NCBI GenBank assembly: GCA_040220235.1 | Contig: JAVJTO010000162.1 | Reading direction: 5' to 3' (one strand) | DNA length: 36,448 nucleotides | Source of the DNA: Coleofasciculus sp. B1-GNL1-01 | GTDB taxonomy: Bacteria > Cyanobacteriota > Cyanobacteriia > Cyanobacteriales > Coleofasciculaceae | Shown: positions 9,145-17,200 of the stretch, one piece after another | Layout: every line of letters begins with the position of its first letter | Position numbering within the stretch: position 1 is the stretch's first letter | Notes under the pieces: model-generated | The model's database searches: none | Seen by the model: the letters and a program-made list of their open reading frames with translations, nothing else | What the model was told of the DNA's origin: nothing | Made by a program: the position numbers and the translations under genes

Positions 9145-11430
9145 TCAAGCTTCAATGACAACTCGTAAATTGCCGCGTTTCCGGACAACTCGACAGGCAG
9201 TTGCTCCACTAGAACGCTCAAATTCCAAATTTAATACGGTTTGCCCAATTTTTAGATTTTGCAGTGATAAATACTGGACAGATTCGGGGAGGGTAGGATG
9301 AACAATTCGTAAACAATTCCTGGGCGTATCGGGTACTAAATTAACCATCACTTGTAGGAGTTGAAAAATCGTTCCCGTTGCCCAGGCTTGTGGCGAACAC
9401 GCCACAGGATATCGCACGGGTGTGCTATTGGGGGTGCGTTCATAGCCACAGAAGAGTTCGGGTGGACGATAATAGGGTTGTTGCACCGTCATGTCGATAA
9501 TACCCTGAGCCACCTCCAACGCCTGATCCACCAATCCGAGCGATCGCAATCCGGCAATAATCATCCCATTATCGTGATGCCATACTGATCCGAGGTGATA
9601 GCCCATGGGATTATACGCGGGAGATAAGCTACTTAAGGTGCGAATTCCCCAGCCACTAAACATATCCGGCGCTTGCAATCGTTCGGCGACATTGTGTGCC
9701 TTGTCTTTTGATAAAATATCCAGTCCTAGACAATGCCCCGGATTAGAGGTGATACTATCCACAGGCTTGCCCTTACCATCCAACGCCAAGGCACAATAAC
9801 CGCGATCAGGCAGCCAAAAGTCGCGATTAAAGCGGGTTTTCAGGGCTTGAGCGTCCTCATACCAACGATCTGCCAAATCTAACTGCTTTTTGCTACGAGC
9901 AAGCTGACTTAAGCGCATCTTCGCCGCATAAACATATCCTTGCACTTCCGCCAGAGTAATCGCCCCTTCCGCTAACTTCCCTTTGGCATCAACGATACAG
10001 TCTCCTGAGTCTTTCCATCCCTGATTCCGGAGTCCCCCCTTCGACTTGCATTCATAGCTAATATAGCCCGTCTGCTGACAACGGCGATCAATCCAATCCA
10101 TCGCCGCTAAAGCATTCTCCCATAACCGATCCAACAGTTCCTGATCATACGTCCAGGCATAATAATCAGCATAGAGCATCAACCATAGCGGCGTGGCATC
10201 GACCGTACCATAATAAGGAGTGTGAGGGAGTTCGCCACAACGAGCCATTTCACCCAGACGCAACTCATGGAGAATCTTTCCGGGTTCTTCCTCCCGCCAC
10301 TCGTCGTCAACTTTACCCTGATACTCCGCCAGGGTAATCAAGGTTTGACGCGCAATCCCCGGATCGAGGATCAGCGTTTGGTATGCAGCAATCAGGGAAT
10401 CCCGTCCAAATAACGTGGAAAACCAGGGAATCCCAGCACAGAGAATCTTACCCTTGCCAAAGGTTTGACCCAACAGATAGATATCCTGTTCAGCGCGTTC
10501 TATGATCTGATTTAAGGCTCGATTATCTGTGCGAATCCGAGTCAAACCCTCTCGCCAATCGCGTTCCTCCATCGCCTCAGCCGCGATCGCTTGTTTTAGA
10601 GTTGTTGGCGCTTCTACCACAGACGCCGGACGATTGTCAATAAAGGGTTGTACCCGATACCCCAATTGCTGGGTTTCATGAGAATTCAATTCCAACCGCC
10701 AAATCGCCGTATATCCCTTAAACTCATCAGGCTGACGGTGATAAAACTGAATTCGAGACTCCATCAACACCTGATCTAATCCTTGATAGGCTAAGGTAAG
10801 TTCCCCCGTTTCCTCAACCAAGGACTGCACATCTGGGGTTAAGGCATTGTCCCCTTGAGGAATAACCTGTCGCATGAGTGTGCCTATCTGCTGACGCACA
10901 TAACCGCGAATTTGGAATAAATCGGCAAAATCGGCATCAAAACTTAAACTGAGTTCAAACTCAACGGGTTGGGTGCTGTAGTTGGTAATTTTCAGGTCTT
11001 CAAACAGTCCTCCCTGTAGTACAATATCGCGTTGAATGCCAATCGTTTCCGCCGGGATACGCCCCTCAACATAAGGATTCGCACAGAGAACCGAAAGGGC
11101 AAACCCTTGTCCGGCGGTACTGCTGAGTAAAATGGGAGAGAGTCCCTCAATTTGTAATTCTAGACGATTAAGGAATCGAGTATCTTGACAAAATAAGCCT
11201 AAGCTTTTGTCCGATTCATCATCAAGACATCCGGCAATATTGCCTAGGGGATCAGTAATTAGGAAGAGGTCATCATCTTTGAGCGTCAGTGTCGATTGCA
11301 GTCGTTTTGTTGTGGTGCATTGCCATTCTGGAATTGGTATTTGTTCAGTAGGGGCAAAGGTTCTACCGTTGAGTTCCAGGATAGTGAGATCTGTTTCAGT
11401 TTTGTGATTAAGGGTATCTGTATCAGACAT
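9145..11430 (-). CDS. Amylo-alpha-1,6-glucosidase / glycogen debranching enzyme-like protein
   Basis: AGIPWFSTLFGRDS, EPGKILHE, YYGTVDAT, NQGWKDS, YHLGSVWHHD, PQAWA; GGAGG RBS. Confidence 0.9.
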   Translation of the reverse strand: MSDTDTLNHKTETDLTILELNGRTFAPTEQIPIPEWQCTTTKRLQSTLTLKDDDLFLITDPLGNIAGCLDDESDKSLGLFCQDTRFLNRLELQIEGLSPILLSSTAGQGFALSVLCANPYVEGRIPAETIGIQRDIVLQGGLFEDLKITNYSTQPVEFELSLSFDADFADLFQIRGYVRQQIGTLMRQVIPQGDNALTPDVQSLVEETGELTLAYQGLDQVLMESRIQFYHRQPDEFKGYTAIWRLELNSHETQQLGYRVQPFIDNRPASVVEAPTTLKQAIAAEAMEERDWREGLTRIRTDNRALNQIIERAEQDIYLLGQTFGKGKILCAGIPWFSTLFGRDSLIAAYQTLILDPGIARQTLITLAEYQGKVDDEWREEEPGKILHELRLGEMARCGELPHTPYYGTVDATPLWLMLYADYYAWTYDQELLDRLWENALAAMDWIDRRCQQTGYISYECKSKGGLRNQGWKDSGDCIVDAKGKLAEGAITLAEVQGYVYAAKMRLSQLARSKKQLDLADRWYEDAQALKTRFNRDFWLPDRGYCALALDGKGKPVDSITSNPGHCLGLDILSKDKAHNVAERLQAPDMFSGWGIRTLSSLSPAYNPMGYHLGSVWHHDNGMIIAGLRSLGLVDQALEVAQGIIDMTVQQPYYRPPELFCGYERTPNSTPVRYPVACSPQAWATGTIFQLLQVMVNLVPDTPRNCLRIVHPTLPESVQYLSLQNLKIGQTVLNLEFERSSGATACRVVRKRGNLRVVIEA

Positions 11431-11631
11431 AATTCCTCCATTTTTTCGTTCCCAAACTCTGCCGCTTCATGGCATATAGTATTGGGGCGGGTTCTACCGA
11501 TAACGCTCCGACTCAAACCATTAACTTAACTAAATCCGCCCCAAGTTTCACCGATTTTGAGATTTCCCCTGAAAAGTCTGATGGCACTAAAGTGCCAACT
11601 ACGAACCCAGGTTAAGTCAGTGCCTTCTACC

Positions 11632-12462
11632 TTAAGACACTTGCCTTAATTCCTCCTTGACTTCAACAGTCGATTGACTCAATTCCTCTACAGGAACAGA
11701 TAAGATGCAGGGATTCTGCACATCTGGCACAACGGTACTAATCAAACCCGCTAATTGGCGACGATAGAGATCGCTCAGATGCGCCGCCACCTGGTTCCAA
11801 CTCAATGCAGAGGTTGTCACATCCGTTGTCTGTCGTTTCAAGCGTTGCGCCAACACTTCATCCACTAAAATTCGATGAATCGCCTCAGCGAATGCCGCTG
11901 CATCCCCTGGAGGGACTAACAAACCCGTTTCCCCTGGCACAATGGTAAAGCGTAATCCGTCCACATCCGAGGCGACAATGGGTATCTTATACGCCAGTGC
12001 AACGATCGCGGCTGAACCAAACGGTTCATATCGACTGGGAATGAGGCAGACATCGGCGGCGGTATAGTAGAGCCAGTGCTGATCTGAGGGAACAGATTCA
12101 ATGAGAATAACCTGTTGCTCTAGGTCAAATTGATGAATCCATTGCTGAACTTGCTGTCTAGCCTGGGGATTGGAATCAGGACTGACTATCACGCAGCGCA
12201 GTGGATTTATCGCCTCTGCTGGTATGCGATCGCGGTATAATCTCAGCGCGGTTATCAGCGTATCAATCCCTTTACTGGCATCAAGTTCACCCACATACAG
12301 CACTACCTGTTCATTAGCACCCAGCCCCAATTTCGCTTTCGCGTCTGACTTGGATAGCTTGGGGGAAGGTTGGGCGCGATCGCACCAATCTGGGGACATG
12401 AGAATCACTTGATCGGCTGCTCGTGTGATCCGATTCTTGCTAATCCCATGATTTTGAGCCAC
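11632..12462 (-). pseudogene. GT4 (MshA/SPS-like) glycosyltransferase, C-terminal domain only
   Basis: LYVGELDASKG, YYTAADV, PSRYEPFG, PIVASDVDGL; N-terminal acceptor domain absent; frame closed upstream by TAA at 12481-12483. Confidence 0.65.
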
Positions 12463-12472
12463 TGAACGGATC

Positions 12473-13018
12473 TTACTGCCTTACAAACACCAGATAGGGT
12501 GGCTGTTTGGGCTGAGAGTAAAACGTAAACCGTTCGGGTGCGATCGCGTTATAAACCGTTGCTACATAATTCAGTCCCAATTCAGGGCGCTGCTGGGAGT
12601 TGGAAATACTGACAAAATGTTGCTGACGATGCTTGGTAAAAATCTGCTCAACTAATGGCGTAAATGTACCATGAATCGTATGCACAACTGGCGTTTTTGT
12701 CAAGGTGGCATAAGGAAGCGCCGGGTAATCCACATGAGCATGAATCACATCAAACTCATTAGCTCGTTCAAAGACTTTGCTCAACTGCATCTGTTCATAA
12801 ACAGCATAGTCTTGATGGGTTACGTCAATAGAACGCAGCGCTTTTTCACATCCCGGTTCCAGTTTTGCCAGTGTCTGTGAATCTCCGGATGCAAACAATG
12901 TTACCTCATGACCTCGACGGACTAATTCATCAGTGAGTAAACTCACCACTAATTCCGTACCACCATAAGCTGGGGGAGGTACACGCTCCCACAACGGTGC
13001 AATTTGAGCAATCCGCAT
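12473..13018 (-). pseudogene. GT4 glycosyltransferase, N-terminal domain only (truncated)
   Basis: MRIAQIAPLWERVPPPAYGGTE...; stops at PYLVFVRQ where the family continues into the nucleotide-sugar binding domain; GGAGG precedes ATG at 13018. Confidence 0.75.
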
Positions 13019-13379
13019 TTTGAAACCTCCCATTTAGAATGAGATGGAATGAAGAAAGGTTGGTAATTTAGGGTTAAATAACGTGGCGCTGGTCACTTCA
13101 ACAAGCGTGATGTTTGGACTCGCGACCTTGTTTGTTAAGGTGTGTGTAGAACCTTATCCCAAAATTTACTGAGGGTGAGCTAGTCTTGCCAATTCGTGAA
13201 TTCTACCCCTGACAGGTAGGGAAAACCGTATCGGGAACCGTAGGGGCGCACGCTCCGTGCGCCAGAAAAACCCCAAGGGAACTCTAACAATTTAAATCTG
13301 GGCGGGTTTCGTTGTTTCGTTAGTTGAATCTCCATTAATTAAGTTCCTAAACCCGCCCCTACAATTGACTGATTTTCTA

Positions 13380-13466
13380 TTACAATCCACTCATGATCCT
13401 GCCATACTTTGCTTGCATATAAAGCACGGGTGTAGCCAAGTCTAGTTTATCTAATCGGGCTTCCAT
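13380..13466 (-). pseudogene. 28-aa micro-ORF MEARLDKLDLATPVLYMQAKYGRIMSGL, resembling a CHAT-domain C-terminus
   Basis: Manual translation; ATPVLYM recalls the (D/E)WATPVLY ending of many CHAT domains. Confidence 0.35.
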
Positions 13467-13475
13467 GTTTGGAAT

Positions 13476-13570
13476 TATAGCGGTTTTCAAGTTAGTGAAC
13501 TACAGACAAGGCTTTAGCCGCAAAGCCAGTGGATACAATTGTGTATTCCATAAACATGAAAAATGCTGTA
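13476..13570 (-). mobile_element. 95-bp MITE, copy B (inverted relative to 8934-9028)
   Basis: TATAGCGGTTTTCA ... TGAAAAATGCTGTA; reverse-complement match to copy A. Confidence 0.75.
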
Positions 13571-13623
13571 TCTATCCCAATCTAGAGACGCGATCGCACT
13601 ACCCTACCAACCCTAAGCACTAC

Positions 13624-13740
13624 TAAGTAGGTGGACACAATTAAAGTTGACAGTTGAAATCAGGGAACAGGGAACAGTAAGGGTTTGAGGGGTATTTACA
13701 AAACTTAATACAGCACCGTTTTCTTTTGTCCGACTACTTA
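13624..13740 (+). mobile_element. MITE with TIR AGTAGGTGGACA/TGTCCGACTACT and TA duplication
   Basis: TIRs and flanking TA visible; related copy at 35150-35328; paralogous empty site near 20318-20332. Confidence 0.85.
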
Positions 13741-14053
13741 GATAAAGTAAACTTTTACGATTGACGCTTATGTTTTAATATTTTAAAGCGAATCAGATTT
13801 AGGACAGGCAGAAAATGTCACGGGTAAATCCTGACTTGCTCTGGGTTTGAGGGTGTAGTATGATAGTCCAGTAATACTGTATTGGGTTATTTTTGTAGCC
13901 AATTTTTACCTAATAACGCTTAAATGCCTTGATGTTGCGTTATTTGTTTCTCTTTAGCGTCGGAAAATTTTAAATACTACAATTATATTGCACGATCCAA
14001 TTGCCTCGACTCGAAAAGAGGCAGATTTGACAAAAAATCCCGTTAATGCATCT
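13741..14053 (-). promoter_or_regulatory. Duplicated 313-bp non-coding module, copy 1 (minus-strand -10 TAAAAT at 13780-13785)
   Basis: Gap-free alignment to 20329-20641, 66 mismatches by manual count. Confidence 0.65.
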
Positions 14054-14286
14054 CCTGTCACCTCAAAAACGGACAACTGGCGGAATCTGGATGCAACTAC
14101 TGCAGTGCTGCGGAAATACTTGAGCAGCTTCGTAGATACGATGAAGCTGGGGGAGATATTAGCTGTTCAGTTATTTCTGCCTTCTTGCACTACCCACCTG
14201 TTAGAAGATATACGATCGCACACCCTTTAAACCCATTCAACTCAATCAGCCATTTCCGATTAAAAGTTCCCCCAAAACCTAGTAGA

Positions 14287-17200
14287 CTACCAGGGACTCC
14301 CTACTAGAGTAAATGCACTCCAATAATAAGGATGGGTAAGTTCCTTATCCGGTAATTCAGCTAACTGGGGAGGTAGGGGAAACGTACCTGAAGGGGTGAC
14401 AACTTGACCATTTTCTAAACGAACGTTTCCCTGAATCATCGCTAATTGTGCTTGTCGCAAGGCTTCGGCTTTAATCGGAGCTTGTTTTAACTGTTCATAG
14501 AATCCCGTCATTAACCCTAATGTCCCCTCATCACTCACATACCAGAGACTCCCCAACGCCGATTTCACCCCAGCTTGTACCGCCAACCCAGTAAAGCCTA
14601 ACTCCGCTTCTTCATCCCCTAACGCCGTGCGACAGGCGCTTAATACCATCAATTCAACCGGGGGGTTATTTAATCCCAACTCTCGAATTTGATTCAGGGG
14701 TAGCTTTTGATTCCAAAACTGGATATAAGAATTTTCCGGCTTACCCGGTTTAAACTCGCCATGAGTGGCTAAATGCACAATTCCAAAGGGTTGATTTGCC
14801 CGTGTTTGTTTCAGCCTATCGGGAGTAAACGTAGAATTAAGGAAGGATCGACCCTGCCATAATTTATCTGCGATCGCGTCTAATTCCACAGGCACAGCAG
14901 GTAAAGGATTTTGATCCGTAAATTCTGACGCCCCCATTGCCAACACTTGCAGATTTCTCAAATCCACATAGCGGGTATCCGTGAGCGCCAGAGTTGGCAT
15001 AAAACCAACACTATACCGTTCAATAATAAAGCCATTCCCATCATGCAGCACCGCCATGGGTAAGGAACGCAATCCCTGATCCATAATAAATGCCAGATTA
15101 TTAATCTCCCGCCCTTCTAACTCCGCTTCCAACGGAGCAATTAACCATTGATACAATTGCTGTGCAGCCGGAAGATAAGGGCGAGGAATACGAGTATCCG
15201 TCACCGCACGGCGTAATTCCTGAGTCGTTTTAAGCACCTTCCCCCTTGTCGCCCCCGGAACCGAATAACTCATCGTTTTGCCATCCGCCGTAACCAAAAT
15301 CAATGCCAACTGATCACTCTCTTGAGCAGCTTGATTCGCCAACACCCTTGACTCAAAACCGCTCCCATTCTCTGCGCCCCTCTGCGCTCCCCTCTGCGCC
15401 CCTCTGCGTTTCAAAAACTCCAAACTTGCCCCACCCGATGCATCTTCTTCTCCAACAGCCGTTGGCACAAAAACCGCATAAATCAAAGCCGGTTTAACTC
15501 CCGTCGCTTGTTCAATTTGATTTAACGTTGCCCGTGCTTGAGTTAAAGTTGTCGGCGTAGTATTCTCTAGATTGAGATAATTCTCATAGACTAGGGTAAA
15601 CCGTTCTTCAATTGGCGCAATTGCATCAACTTCTAGGGATGGAATAACTTGCTCAACGGGAGATGGGGTAGATTCTTGTTCCTCTTCCTCTTGAACTTGA
15701 GTAATATCAACCGGATTAATCGGTGGCTCAGTAAAATTCGGCGTTGTGTCGATAGGAATTGTTGGTGGTTCAATCGGAATAATGGGCGGTTCAATCGGAG
15801 GACTTGGGGGTTCAATGGGCGTGATCGGTTCATCAACACTGATAATCTGAATATTGCCTTCAACATGGGTAAACAAAAACGATTTAGAGGGAGAAATCGT
15901 AATATCGCCACTGGTAATCGCTCCAACTGTACCATTAACACTAGCATCACCTACCTGAAACGGAATCTCTCCATTTCCACCATGGCGAATAATAATATCT
16001 CCTCCTCCTAAATTACCCGCCGTAGAAAGACTCGCCTCTCTTCCATTATTATCAGTAAAACTGCCAGTCGCACGGAAAAATTGACCCGCCGTAATATCAA
16101 CAGTTCCACCTTTCCCACTATTACCGCCTTGAGCATTAATGGAGGTTACTTGAATATCATTGATTGGGTCAAGTGTAACATCCCCACCATCACCATTATT
16201 GCCACTGCTATTAATTTCACCTGTCGTTATCTCGGTTAAAGCACGGATGGTAATATCTCCACCACTCGCCCCCGAACTATTGAGATTATTAGTCGTAATC
16301 GCCCCATCACTACTGTCCAAGGTAATCATTCCACCTTGAGCATTACCCTTAGAACTCGAATCAATATCTCCGGTGGTAATAGTATCAAAAGCAGTGAGTT
16401 CAATCGCTCCTCCATTACCTGTTTCAGTGCTGCTATTGAGAATTCCCGCACGAGTATCAATGGTGCTACGGGTACTGGTGAGATTAATTGCACGACCTGA
16501 ATTAATAATATCGCCAGTTATAATATCTTGGTTCGCTTGTAATGTTAGGGTAGCGTCATCGGTTCCAGTGATTGTGCCACCTGTAGTATTGATAGAACCT
16601 GCATCAACAGGTGCTTGGAATGTAACAGGGTCATTAAATGTGACATCACCCGCAACTGTAATTGAACCACTACTGTCGCTTCGTCCAATCGCGATCGCAC
16701 TAAACCCATTTTGCAGCAAACTCAGTTCTGTCGCCGTCACCTCTAAAATACTGGGATTTCCACTATCAGTACCCCCGACTTGAATCGATTGCGTCGGTGT
16801 TAAGGGTTGAATGGTTAAATCCCCTGTCCCAGAAATAGTCCCAGCCAGATTGATTTCATCTCCGGTAAGTATCAAATTGCCAGCCGCACCATTAATGTTG
16901 CCACTGAAATTATCATTTGTGTTAAAAATAAAAGTGTCATCTGAGTTGCCGCCTATGAGGTTTGAGAAATCATTAAAGGTTAGAGTACTATTGACTGTGC
17001 CGCTATTACTTTCCGTAATCGTCCAAGTGTTAAGCGTATCCGTTCCTACTAGAAGGCTGTCATCATTACCAGTCACCTGTTCAATATTTTCAATCGTTGC
17101 CAAATTCAGGGTAACTGGGCTATCATTCTGTGAATAATCAAGACTATCAGCGCCAATTCCACCGTTAATCGTTCCACTGATCGTTCCGTTATTGCTGAAA

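Noticed and set aside
13741..14053. Duplicated module as a protein-coding exon or CRISPR leader
   Set aside because: A short stretch shows third-position bias, but the relevant frames have stops in both copies; no repeat-spacer array or cas gene is adjacent
13988..14230. 80-aa + strand ORF
   Set aside because: TTG start, no recognisable motif; the paralogous frame stops early
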